NCBI GenBank assembly: GCA_041611735.1
Contig: JBFIML010000004.1
Span: 32,001 to 96,000, forward strand
DNA length: 64,000 bases
Direction of reading: 5' to 3'
Source: Myxococcota bacterium
GTDB lineage: Bacteria > Myxococcota_A > UBA9160 > PR03
Shown here: piece by piece, positions 39,927 to 48,932 of the stretch
Layout: each line of letters begins with the position of its first letter
Numbering within the stretch: the first letter of the stretch is position 1
Made by a program: the position numbers and the translations under genes
The notes under the pieces: model-generated
What the model saw: only the letters and a program-made list of their open reading frames with translations
Database searches by the model: none
Told to the model about the DNA's origin: nothing

Positions 39927-41198
39927 GTGCGACCGGCCCGCCCCAACCGCCGCTATCAGCTCGCCCTGGCCATCGACCGCTGGGCGGGGCGGCTGCTGTG
40001 CGGGGCGCTGCTCCCCTTGCGCCGTCTGCGCCGCTCGAGTGCACTGCCCCCGGCCGACGTGCGCAAGGTCCTGCTCGTCAAGCTGTGGGGGATGGGCAGC
40101 GTGGTGCTGGCGTCGCCACTCTTCGGCGAGATCCGCGCGCGGCACCCGCAGGCCCGCATCGACTTCCTGACCCTGCGCGAGAACCAGGCGCTGCTCGGCC
40201 TCTACCCGCAGCTCGGCCGCTGCTTCACCCTCGATCTCTCACGCGGGATCCTGGCCTTCCTCGGGCAGACGCTCCGCATCCTGTTCGCGGTGCGCCGCGA
40301 GCGCTACGACCTGCTGCTCGACCTGGAGTTCTTCACGCGCTTCTCCGCCATCCTGGCCTTCCTGGGCCGGGCCCGGCGCTCCCACGGCTTCAGCGCCAAG
40401 GGAAGCTGGCGGGGCAAGCTCCACGACGTGGAGGTCCCCTTCAACGTCTACCGGCACGTGGCCGCGAACTTCCTGGCCCTCCTGCGCGGCGAGCCCATCG
40501 ACGTGCCCGTGCGGCTCGACCTCGCGAGCCCGAGCGCCCTGCCCCGCCTGGCCGTCCCGCCCGCCGCCTGGCAGACGTGTCGGGAGACCCTGGCCCGCGA
40601 CCCGGCCTGGCAGGAGGCGCGTCCGCTCGTGGTGGTCAACCCGAACGCCGGCGACATGGCGCTCGAGCGACGCTGGCCTGCGGAGCGCACGCTGGAGCTC
40701 CTGGACGCGCTGCTGGCGCGGGAGCCGGTGAACCTGGTGCTCACCGGCGCGCCTTCGGAACGCCCCTACGTGGAGTCCCTGGTGGCGCGTCTGCAGCGAC
40801 CGGAGCGCGTGGTCAACCTGGCCGGCCGCATCGGCATTCCCGAGCTGGTGGCGCTGCTCGGGCGCGCGCAGGTGGTGGTCACCAACGACAGCGGTCCGCT
40901 CCACCTGGCCGCCGCCGCGGGGGCCTGCACGGTGGCGCTGTTCGGTCCCGAGACGCCGACGCTGTACGCGCCCCTGCGCGCCCGCGAGGGGCAGCGGCAC
41001 GCCGTCCACTACCTCCAGCTGCCCTGCTCGCCCTGCATGTTCGTCCACAACAACAAGGTGATCGACTGCTGGTTCGCCCAGGCCCGCTGCATGACCGGGA
41101 TCACGGCCGGTGACGTGCTGCGCTCGGTGGACCAGCTGCTGGCAGGGGAGAGAGGAGAGGCGGGCGCTCGGACCCGGCTTCGCGCGCTCGACTCGTGA
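39927..41198 (+). CDS. Glycosyltransferase family 9 (heptosyltransferase-like)
   Basis: VKLWGMGSVVL, RRWP, NLAG, VTNDSGPLHLAAA, VALFGP, CSPC..C. Confidence 0.92.
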   Translation: MRPARPNRRYQLALAIDRWAGRLLCGALLPLRRLRRSSALPPADVRKVLLVKLWGMGSVVLASPLFGEIRARHPQARIDFLTLRENQALLGLYPQLGRCFTLDLSRGILAFLGQTLRILFAVRRERYDLLLDLEFFTRFSAILAFLGRARRSHGFSAKGSWRGKLHDVEVPFNVYRHVAANFLALLRGEPIDVPVRLDLASPSALPRLAVPPAAWQTCRETLARDPAWQEARPLVVVNPNAGDMALERRWPAERTLELLDALLAREPVNLVLTGAPSERPYVESLVARLQRPERVVNLAGRIGIPELVALLGRAQVVVTNDSGPLHLAAAAGACTVALFGPETPTLYAPLRAREGQRHAVHYLQLPCSPCMFVHNNKVIDCWFAQARCMTGITAGDVLRSVDQLLAGERGEAGARTRLRALDS

Positions 41199-42052
41199 CG
41201 CAGGCGCCGTCGCGCTGCGTCGTCTGCGGCGACCGCCCCGAGCCGCGCCTGGACCTGCGTGCCTACCGCGTGCTGCGCTCGCCCGGCTGCGGACTCGAGT
41301 GGCGCGACCCCTTTCCCGACGAGTCCGAGCTGGCGGCGCTCTACGACTCCGGCTACTTCGCGCGCTGGGGCATCGACGGTCCCGAGGCGCTGGCGCCGGT
41401 GCGAGCCATGAAGCAGGCCTCCTTCCGGCACTTCCTGAGCCACCTGCCCCGGCAGGCGCGGCGCGGCCGCCTGTTGGACGTGGGCTGCGCCCTGGGCTTC
41501 GGCCTGCGCGCCGCGGGCGAAGCGGGCTTCGATGCCTGGGGCATCGACGTGAGCGCGGAGGCGATCGAACGCGCACGCCAGGAGTTCGGCGAACGCGTGG
41601 CGGTGGGCGCGCTCGGCCCGGACGTCCTCCCCGGACTGCGCTTCGATGTGATCACGCTGATCGACGTCCTCGAGCACCTGCCCGACCCGGCGGTCCTGCT
41701 CGCGGCGGCGCGGGGGCGCCTGGCCCCGGACGGCCGCATCCTGGCCGTGCTGCCCAACGCAGCCAGCGCCATGCGCTGGCTGCTCGGCCGGCGCTGGCCC
41801 CACTACGTACCCGAGCATCTGTTCCACTGGACCCCGGGGAGCCTGCGGCGCTTCCTGGCTTCCTCGGGCTGGCGCGTCGTCGAGCTCCGCACCGGCATCC
41901 GCAAGGTCTTCACGGCGCGCTACCTGGTCGCCTACCGGCGTCATCAGGGCCGCTGGATCCCTCCGGGCCTGGGGCTGCTGGGCGACCGGGTCCTGCGCGT
42001 CCCCACCGGCGAGATGCTGCTGGTGGCCACACCGGGCGGCGGAGGAGCCTGA
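41195..42052 (+). CDS. Class I SAM-dependent methyltransferase with N-terminal Cys motif
   Basis: CVVCG, LLDVGCALG, FDVITLIDVLEHLPDP, PN, PEHLFHW; GTGA coupling. Confidence 0.9.
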   Translation: MTQAPSRCVVCGDRPEPRLDLRAYRVLRSPGCGLEWRDPFPDESELAALYDSGYFARWGIDGPEALAPVRAMKQASFRHFLSHLPRQARRGRLLDVGCALGFGLRAAGEAGFDAWGIDVSAEAIERARQEFGERVAVGALGPDVLPGLRFDVITLIDVLEHLPDPAVLLAAARGRLAPDGRILAVLPNAASAMRWLLGRRWPHYVPEHLFHWTPGSLRRFLASSGWRVVELRTGIRKVFTARYLVAYRRHQGRWIPPGLGLLGDRVLRVPTGEMLLVATPGGGGA

Positions 42053-42070
42053 CTCAGGACGGGCCGCGCA

Positions 42071-44932
42071 TCAGCCGCCGGGATCCGCTTGCGCGGCCGC
42101 ACCCGGCCCCAGGGGCCCCACCCATGCCTCGGCGCGCACCCGGCCCGCAACGCAGCGACCGTTCTGGCTGCCCCCGTCCCGGCAGCGGCTCCAGAGGTCC
42201 GCCAGGACGGCGCGCTCGAAGGGCGCGCCGTGGTGGTAGTGGCTCACGTAGAGATCCGTGGCCTGCTGGGCGGCGAGCACGTCGAGCGGTGTGGCGTCGC
42301 CCGACGCGGGCCCGAGCAGCGCCGCCAGGGTCGCCAGGTGCGCGGGCGCCAGCAGCGGGCGAAGCTGGGCGTTGCGCTGGAGGCGCCCGAGCAGCCGGTC
42401 GCGCGCCGGGGACTCGGGCACCTGGCGGATCCAGCTCGCCACGAGCGTTGCGCACAGGTAGGGCATCTGCTTGCAGGCCTCCCCCACGATCTGCTCGTGC
42501 TCCGGGTCCGAGAGGCGGCCCCCGCGCTGCTCGGTCCAGCGCCGCAGCAGCGAGTTGCGCGCCCCCACCGCCGCCGCGGCGGGGCGCAGTGTCAGCGGCA
42601 GCGTCGCCGCCCGGCCGCGGAAGAAGGCATGCGCCGCGCGGTGGGCCAGGATCGGGTGGAAGATGCGGTGCACGTCGCCCTCGAAGCCGGCCGCCTGCAC
42701 CACACCGAGGGGCACCAGCTCGTGGGCCAGCAGCGCCGGGAAGCTCGCGATCCCCGCCCGGGCCAGGCCCGCCCGGATCGCCGGCTCCTGGGCGCGGCGC
42801 TGCAGCCGCTCCGGATCGAGGCTCGGCGGGCTCTCGAAGCCGAGCAGCAGCAGATCGGTCCCGAGCGTGTACCAGACGGCCACCTGGTCGAAGACCGAGG
42901 CGTAGGTGCGCAGGACCAGCTCCACCACGCTCGTGTCCGTCTCGTAGAGGTGGAACCACTGGGCGTAGACGCCGCCCGGGCGCAGGCGGTCGCGGGCCGC
43001 ACGCAGGAACTCCTGGCTGAACAGCATCTCGACGCCGGTCACCCAGGGGTTGCTCGGCTCCGAGGCGATCACGTCGTAGCGCTGGTCCGAGCGCAGCAGA
43101 GCCCGGTAGGCGTCGGAGACCACCACCTCGGTCTTGGGGTGGCCGAGGGCGCCGAGGTTCGCGTCCTCGAAGAAGCGCCCCGCCTCGATCACGCCCGGCG
43201 AGATCTCGGCCACCACCACCTTGCGCACCGAAGGCAGGGCGGCGAGCTCGCCCACGGTGACGCCGGTGCCGTAGCCGATCACGAAGGCCTGCTCCACCGG
43301 GTCGGCGAACAGCGCCGGCAGCAGCGCTGCCAGGGCCATGGTGGCGTAGTCGATCCGCACCGAGCCGTCGGCCTTGCCGTTGGTGAAGACCGCCACGTCG
43401 AACTGCCCGTCCGGGTAGCGGGTGCGCTGCACGGCCACCGAGTTGTTGGGGTCGTCGTCGTAGAACAGGACCTGGGTGGAGGTGCGGTAGTGGGAGAAGA
43501 AGGCCTCGGGACCCGCGTAGCTCGGCAGCTGGGGCTGGCGCATGCGGAACAGCCCCGAGGCCAGGCGCTCCGGCTGCCAGGCCGGGAGCAGCGCCAGGCC
43601 GAGCAGGCCCGGCACCAGCACGAAGGCAAGGGTCGCGCTGCGCGGCACCTCGAACAGCCGGATCGTGAGCAGGGTGGCGGCGACGATCACGGCGCCGACC
43701 CCGACCCGGTACACCTGGTGCAGATCCAGCCAGAAGAAGAGCAGGTAGCCGCCCAGCAGGGCGCCGAGCAGCGAGCCCACCGTGTTCCAGGCGTAGAGGC
43801 GGCCTGCCGCGTTGCCGAGGTCCCCGAACTCGCGGCGCAGCTGGTGGAAGAGCAGCGGGAGCATGGCGCCCGACAGCCCCACCGGGACGGCAAGCACCGC
43901 CAGGGCGGCACCGAAGACCAGCAGATGGAAGGGATAGAAGGCCGCGCCGTCGTCGCGGAACAGGCTGCGCAGGAGGTGGGCCCAGTAGGGCGCGTTCTGG
44001 AGCGCCGGGTAGAGCAGCAGCATGAGCCCCGCCAGGCTCCACAGGCTGCCGACCAGGAGCCCGGGCGGAATGCGCGGCAGCGCCGACACGGCGAAGGAGC
44101 CGAGCGCGATGCACAGCACGAAGACCGCCACCACCATGGAGAAGGTGAACTCGGAGGAGCCCAGGGAGAGGCCTCCGAGGCGGATCAGGACGGTCTGGAA
44201 GTCCATGGCCGCGAAGCCGACCAGCAGCGCCACCGCCGCGTAGACACCGAGCCGGAGCTGCGTGTGCTCCTGGACGCCGGTCCTCGGAAGCGCGCCCCGG
44301 CGCGTGCGGCCCAGGGCCACGAAGGCGGCGCCTGCCGCCAGGTTGATGGCGCCCATGGCCCACACCGCGCGCTCGAGCCCGAGCGCGGGCAGCAGCACGA
44401 AGCCCGCCGCCAGGGCTCCCGCAAAGGCGCCGGCGGTGTTGAAGCCGTAGACGAAGGCATGGAAGCGGGTGGCATCGGTCAGGCTGCGGGCCAGGGCCTG
44501 GGTCAGCACCGGGATCGTGCCGCCCATCAGCACCGTGGGCGGGAGGATCAGGAGCGCCGCCAGCGTCACGTCGAGCACGAAGCCCGGGCCGCCCACCTGG
44601 TGGGGGATCGCGAAGGAGAGCGCGCGCACGCCCCGGAACAGCAGCGGGAAGAGCAGCGCGTGGACGCCGATGCCGGCCTCCACGCAGCCGTAGAGCAGCA
44701 GCAGCGCCGGGGGCTCGCCGCGCCGGGCCGCGCGCTCCACCATCCCGCGCGTCACGCGCCCGAAGACGGCGTAGCCCAGGGAGAGCCCGCCCAGGAAGAG
44801 GGCCAGGACGGCGGCGGTGGCCTCGCTGTGGGAGCCGAGCAGCGTGGCCAGGTACTTCTGCCAGGCGACCTCGTAGACGAGCCCGCTGAAGCCCGTGAGC
44901 ACCGTGAGCGCCAGCGCAGCCGCCCGCACCAT
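42071..44932 (-). CDS. Fused MFS-like/spermidine-synthase-like protein (copy 3)
   Basis: TGFSGLVYEVAWQKYL, YGFNTAGA, TNGKADG, IGYGTG, AEISP, SDA, SEPSNPW, FSQEF, GVYAQW. Confidence 0.9.
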   Translation of the reverse strand: MVRAAALALTVLTGFSGLVYEVAWQKYLATLLGSHSEATAAVLALFLGGLSLGYAVFGRVTRGMVERAARRGEPPALLLLYGCVEAGIGVHALLFPLLFRGVRALSFAIPHQVGGPGFVLDVTLAALLILPPTVLMGGTIPVLTQALARSLTDATRFHAFVYGFNTAGAFAGALAAGFVLLPALGLERAVWAMGAINLAAGAAFVALGRTRRGALPRTGVQEHTQLRLGVYAAVALLVGFAAMDFQTVLIRLGGLSLGSSEFTFSMVVAVFVLCIALGSFAVSALPRIPPGLLVGSLWSLAGLMLLLYPALQNAPYWAHLLRSLFRDDGAAFYPFHLLVFGAALAVLAVPVGLSGAMLPLLFHQLRREFGDLGNAAGRLYAWNTVGSLLGALLGGYLLFFWLDLHQVYRVGVGAVIVAATLLTIRLFEVPRSATLAFVLVPGLLGLALLPAWQPERLASGLFRMRQPQLPSYAGPEAFFSHYRTSTQVLFYDDDPNNSVAVQRTRYPDGQFDVAVFTNGKADGSVRIDYATMALAALLPALFADPVEQAFVIGYGTGVTVGELAALPSVRKVVVAEISPGVIEAGRFFEDANLGALGHPKTEVVVSDAYRALLRSDQRYDVIASEPSNPWVTGVEMLFSQEFLRAARDRLRPGGVYAQWFHLYETDTSVVELVLRTYASVFDQVAVWYTLGTDLLLLGFESPPSLDPERLQRRAQEPAIRAGLARAGIASFPALLAHELVPLGVVQAAGFEGDVHRIFHPILAHRAAHAFFRGRAATLPLTLRPAAAAVGARNSLLRRWTEQRGGRLSDPEHEQIVGEACKQMPYLCATLVASWIRQVPESPARDRLLGRLQRNAQLRPLLAPAHLATLAALLGPASGDATPLDVLAAQQATDLYVSHYHHGAPFERAVLADLWSRCRDGGSQNGRCVAGRVRAEAWVGPLGPGAAAQADPGG

Positions 44933-45044
44933 GCCGTCGGAAATCTCCCGCTTCCGCCCCCCTGGCGAGACGAACCGGGGAGTGTCGCGTGGCGTGCCGC
45001 ACCTTGCCAGCGCCCGTGGCGGAACCCAAGCTCTGGCCATCCCG

Positions 45045-46826
45045 ATGCGACGCTCCGACGCGATCCTGGCGGTAGGCGCGCTGGTCACGCTGGGGGTCAC
45101 GGCGGCCCTCTACGCCGGTCACCTGGACGGCCCCTTCTTCTACGACGACCACGTCTCGGTGGTGCGCAACCCGCGCATCGAGCGGCTGTGGCCCCCCACC
45201 TGGGCCTGGCACCAGGGCGAGAACCCGCTGGCCGCCCGTCCGCTGGCGGCCCTCACCCTCGCCCTGGACTTCTCCCTGCACGGCCGCTCGCCGCGCGGCT
45301 ACCGGATCGCGAATCTGCTGCTGCACGGCGCGAACGCCCTGCTCCTGCTCGGCGTGGCGCGACGGCTGCTGGGGCGTTGGCCGGCCCTGCGGATCTCCGA
45401 GGCGGAAGGGGCCGGGCTGGCCGTGGCCCTGGCCCTGCTCTGGGCCCTGCATCCGCTCCAGACCGATGCCGTGGTCTACGTGACGCAGCGGACGGAGCTC
45501 CTGGTGGCCTTCTTCTACCTGCTGACGCTGCAGGCTTCCCTGCGCGGCTTCGAGGCCGGCTCGCGGCGCGCCCGGCGCGGCTGGTTCGGGGTGGCGGCTC
45601 TGGCCTGCGCGCTGGGTGCGCTCAGCAAGGAGGTGATCGCCACGGCGCCGCTCCTGGTGCTGCTGGCGGACCGCGCCTTCGTCTCGTCCGCGTTCCGCAC
45701 CGCGCTGCGCCGGCACGCCGGCCTCTACGCGGGGCTCGCCGCCTGCTGGGTGATCGTCCTGGCCCTGCTGGTCACGGGCCCGCGCGCCGCCGCGGTCTCC
45801 CTGGGCCAGGACGTGTCGTCCCTGGACTACCTGCGCACCCAGGCGGGCGTGGTGGCCGAGTACGTGCGCCTGGCCGTGTGGCCCGACGGGCTGCGCATCT
45901 CCCACCCGCTGTGGACCGCGCGCAGCTGGAGCGACGTGCGCCCGGCGGGCTGGCTCGTGGCCGGCGGGTTCGCTGCGACGCTCTGGGCGTTGTGGCGCCA
46001 TCCGCGCCCAGGCTTCGTCGGGGCGTGGTTCTTCGGGATCCTGGCGCCGAGCTCGAGCTTCGTGCCCGTGGTGACGGAGATCGCGGCGCTGCGGCGCATG
46101 TACCTGCCCCTGGCCGCGTTGGCGGGCGCGACGGTGGTGGGGACGTTCGTTGCGCTGCGCGCGGCGGGGGAGCGGGCCGGCAGGCCCGGCGCCGGGCGCA
46201 GGGCGGCCATCGGTCTCGGCGCGGCCGCCGCCCTCGCCCTCGGCGCCCGCACGGCGGAGCGTCTTCCCGACTTTCGCAGCCGGGTCGCGCTCTGGAGCGC
46301 CGACCTGCGGGTCGATCCCGGGGACCCGGGCGCTGCCTTGAACCTGGCCGTGGCGCTGCTCGAGGAAGGAAGCGCCCACGAGGCGCTCGACTGGCTGGAA
46401 CGGGGCCGGGCTTCCCTGGCGCGCCTCGATCCGGACACGCGCACGGCGGTCCTGCGCGTCACGTCCCTCGACCTGATCGTGGCCGCCTACGACGGGCTCG
46501 GGCGCCCGGACCGGGCGCGCGACTTCCTGCGCGAGCTGGCGACCGCGTACCCGGACCACGCCCGGGTGCAACACGCCTACGGGCGCGCCTGCCTGCGGGC
46601 CGCGAGCCCGCAGCAGGCGCTCGGACCGCTGCGGCGGGCGGCGGAACTCGACCCGGGCGCCAGCGGACCCTGGCGGGACCTGGCCGACGCGGAGCTGCGC
46701 CTCGGCCGGCGGCCCCGGGCGATCGCAGCCCTGGACGAGGCGATCCGGCGTGCCCCGGAGCCGGAGCGGCGCGGGTTGCAGGCGCAGCGCGACGCCCTGG
46801 CCCGGGGCGCGGGGCCGAACCCGTGA
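45045..46826 (+). CDS. TMTC-like GT-C membrane glycosyltransferase with C-terminal TPRs
   Basis: FFYDD..VRNP, RPL, NLLLH, HPLQTDAVVYVTQR, SKE, RRMYLP, TPR tail. Confidence 0.85.
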   Translation: MRRSDAILAVGALVTLGVTAALYAGHLDGPFFYDDHVSVVRNPRIERLWPPTWAWHQGENPLAARPLAALTLALDFSLHGRSPRGYRIANLLLHGANALLLLGVARRLLGRWPALRISEAEGAGLAVALALLWALHPLQTDAVVYVTQRTELLVAFFYLLTLQASLRGFEAGSRRARRGWFGVAALACALGALSKEVIATAPLLVLLADRAFVSSAFRTALRRHAGLYAGLAACWVIVLALLVTGPRAAAVSLGQDVSSLDYLRTQAGVVAEYVRLAVWPDGLRISHPLWTARSWSDVRPAGWLVAGGFAATLWALWRHPRPGFVGAWFFGILAPSSSFVPVVTEIAALRRMYLPLAALAGATVVGTFVALRAAGERAGRPGAGRRAAIGLGAAAALALGARTAERLPDFRSRVALWSADLRVDPGDPGAALNLAVALLEEGSAHEALDWLERGRASLARLDPDTRTAVLRVTSLDLIVAAYDGLGRPDRARDFLRELATAYPDHARVQHAYGRACLRAASPQQALGPLRRAAELDPGASGPWRDLADAELRLGRRPRAIAALDEAIRRAPEPERRGLQAQRDALARGAGPNP

Positions 46827-47884
46827 GGCCGTCGCGGCGAGGGCTGCTGTTCGGCGCGCTGACCGCCGCCATCGCCCTGGGCCTGGCGGCAGCGGGTGCC
46901 GAGCTGGCCCTGCGCCTGGCGGGCTACGAGCCCTGGGCGCCGCTTCTCCTGCCTCCCGGCCAGCCCGTCATCTTCCAGCCGGACCCCGTGCTGGGCTGGC
47001 GGCACCGGGAGGGCGACTACCTCTTCCCGGCCTTCTCGCCCCGGGGCCAGGCGGTGCGCATGCGCTTCCTGGCCGACGGAAGCCGCGCGACCGGCGCTGC
47101 GCCCGGCGCCGGGGAGGGCCGCGTGCTCCTGGTGGGCGGCTCGTTCACCGAGGGCTTCGCGGTGTCCGACGAGGAGACCTTCGCCTGGAAGCTCCAGCAG
47201 CGCTTTCCGTCGCTCCGCTTCGCCAACCACGGAACCGGCGCCTACGGCACCCATCAGTCGCTGCTGCTGCTGGAGCAGCTGCTGGCGCAGGGCGAGCCGC
47301 CGGTGCTGGTGATCTACGGCTTCATGGAGGGGCACGACATCCGCAACGTGGCGACGGCCGAGTGGACGCGCATGCTGGCCCAGACGGCGCGCCGCCACCA
47401 GGCCGTGGCGGTGCCCCACGCGGACCTCGACGGCCAGGGCGCCGTGGTGCGCCGGCCCGCCGCGGCCTATCCGCTCTGGCCCCTGCGCGAGCGCTCGGCG
47501 GCGCTCGCGTTCCTCCAGCACGCCTGGGCCAGCTTCGCGGCGCGCTCCCGCAGCGCCGCCCGGCAGACCGTGACCGAGCAGCTCCTGTTGGAGATGCACG
47601 CCCTCTGCCAGCGCCACGGTACCCGGCTGCTGGTGGCCCTGCTCTACGCCAGCGACGCCAGGCGGCTGCGCACCGCCCAGTGGCTCGCCGCCCACGGGAT
47701 CGAGCTGGTGGACTGCTCGCATCCCCTCACGGCGGGCTTCTACGTGCCCGGCGACGGCCATCCGAACGACAGGCTCCATTCGGTCTGGGCCGCCTGCATC
47801 GCCCGGGGCCTGCGCCCGCGGCTCCAGGGCCGCGCGCCGCCCACCGCCCCGCCTACGGCCAGGCCGGCATCCAGTCGGCCATGA
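46823..47884 (+). CDS. SGNH/GDSL hydrolase-fold protein, membrane-anchored
   Basis: AELALR anchor, DPVLGW, GGSFTEG, NHGTGAYG, DGHPN. Confidence 0.85.
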   Translation: MRPSRRGLLFGALTAAIALGLAAAGAELALRLAGYEPWAPLLLPPGQPVIFQPDPVLGWRHREGDYLFPAFSPRGQAVRMRFLADGSRATGAAPGAGEGRVLLVGGSFTEGFAVSDEETFAWKLQQRFPSLRFANHGTGAYGTHQSLLLLEQLLAQGEPPVLVIYGFMEGHDIRNVATAEWTRMLAQTARRHQAVAVPHADLDGQGAVVRRPAAAYPLWPLRERSAALAFLQHAWASFAARSRSAARQTVTEQLLLEMHALCQRHGTRLLVALLYASDARRLRTAQWLAAHGIELVDCSHPLTAGFYVPGDGHPNDRLHSVWAACIARGLRPRLQGRAPPTAPPTARPASSRP

Positions 47885-48932
47885 GGCCCGGCGTCTCGAA
47901 GCGGAGCCGGCCCTCCCGGTCGATCACCAGCAGCCGGGCATCCGCGTGCTTGGAGTCGCCGGGCTCGCGCTGGCGGGGCTCCGCCAGGATCACCAGCCAC
48001 TCGCCGTCGGGGGACCAGATCGGCGTGGCCTCCTCCACCTCCGGCGACCGGGTCAGGTTGCGCGGCTCCCCATCGGGCAGCTCCATCAGGAAGATGTCTC
48101 CGCTGCCGTCCCGATCGGAGACGAAGACGACCTCGTCGCGGGTGGGCGAGTGCTTGGCCGAGTGATCGTCGGCGCCGGGCAGGCTCGCGAAGAGCTCCAC
48201 CGGGCCGCCCTCGAGTCCGATGCGGGCCAGGTCGCCGGGTTCCTGCTGTCCGGCCCGCCGCGTGAAGATCACCGAGCGGCCGTCGGGGGTCGGAAAGGGC
48301 TTGGTGTCGAACACCTCGCCCGTGGTGAGGGGGCGCGGCGCGCGGCCCGGCGCGAGCACGTACAGGTGGGAGAGCGCGCCATCGCGCACACGACGCTGGG
48401 CCACCATGCGGCGGCCATCCGGCGTGAAGGACGGACGGAAGAAGAAGTCGCGCGGCCCCGCCTGGGCGACGAGGCGCACCGCGTGCGTGTTCACGTCGAG
48501 CAGAGCGATGCCCGACGCCTGCCAGCCCTGCCGGAAGGCGTAGGCCAGCTCGGGCGTCGTGGGAGACCACTCGGGCCAGCGCTCGTCGCGCCGGGGCGTG
48601 GGCGTCAAGGCGGTCTCCTGGCCGGTGGCCGGATCCCACAGGTGGAGGTCCGTGCGCAGGTCCGGGCCGTAGGGGCGCGCCTGGAAGACCACGCGCCGGG
48701 CGATGGGCGACCAGTAGGGCCAGCGCTCCTCGCGCCGGCGCGTGCGCACGATGCGGACCACGGCCCCGTCGGAGAGCCGGGCGCGGGCCAGGTCCGAGGC
48801 GCCGTCCGCCTCCTCGACCACGTACACGAGGCCCTCCGAGGCCGACCCCACGGTGCCAAGCCCGCCCTCGGAGCACGCCAGGACCAGGAGCGCCGCCAGC
48901 CCGGCCGCGCTCCCGCGGGCCGCGAGGGTCAG
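47853..48932 (-). CDS. TolB-like PD40 beta-propeller lipoprotein
   Basis: Repeated P.WSP/PSFTPDG/WSPDG blades; in-frame upstream lipobox LVLA|C. Start uncertain (CTG 48932; first GTG 48851). Confidence 0.8.
   Translation of the reverse strand: MTLAARGSAAGLAALLVLACSEGGLGTVGSASEGLVYVVEEADGASDLARARLSDGAVVRIVRTRRREERWPYWSPIARRVVFQARPYGPDLRTDLHLWDPATGQETALTPTPRRDERWPEWSPTTPELAYAFRQGWQASGIALLDVNTHAVRLVAQAGPRDFFFRPSFTPDGRRMVAQRRVRDGALSHLYVLAPGRAPRPLTTGEVFDTKPFPTPDGRSVIFTRRAGQQEPGDLARIGLEGGPVELFASLPGADDHSAKHSPTRDEVVFVSDRDGSGDIFLMELPDGEPRNLTRSPEVEEATPIWSPDGEWLVILAEPRQREPGDSKHADARLLVIDREGRLRFETPGLMADWMPAWP

Noticed and set aside
42089-47884. Very long alternative-frame ORFs (e.g. 1931 aa here, also 21049-25734, 42054-46574, 29122-33183, 54995-58906)
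   Set aside because: Shadow ORFs caused by high GC and scarce stop codons. They are Arg/Pro/Gly-rich nonsense or antisense to motif-bearing genes; only the terminal parts of some are real genes, annotated separately.
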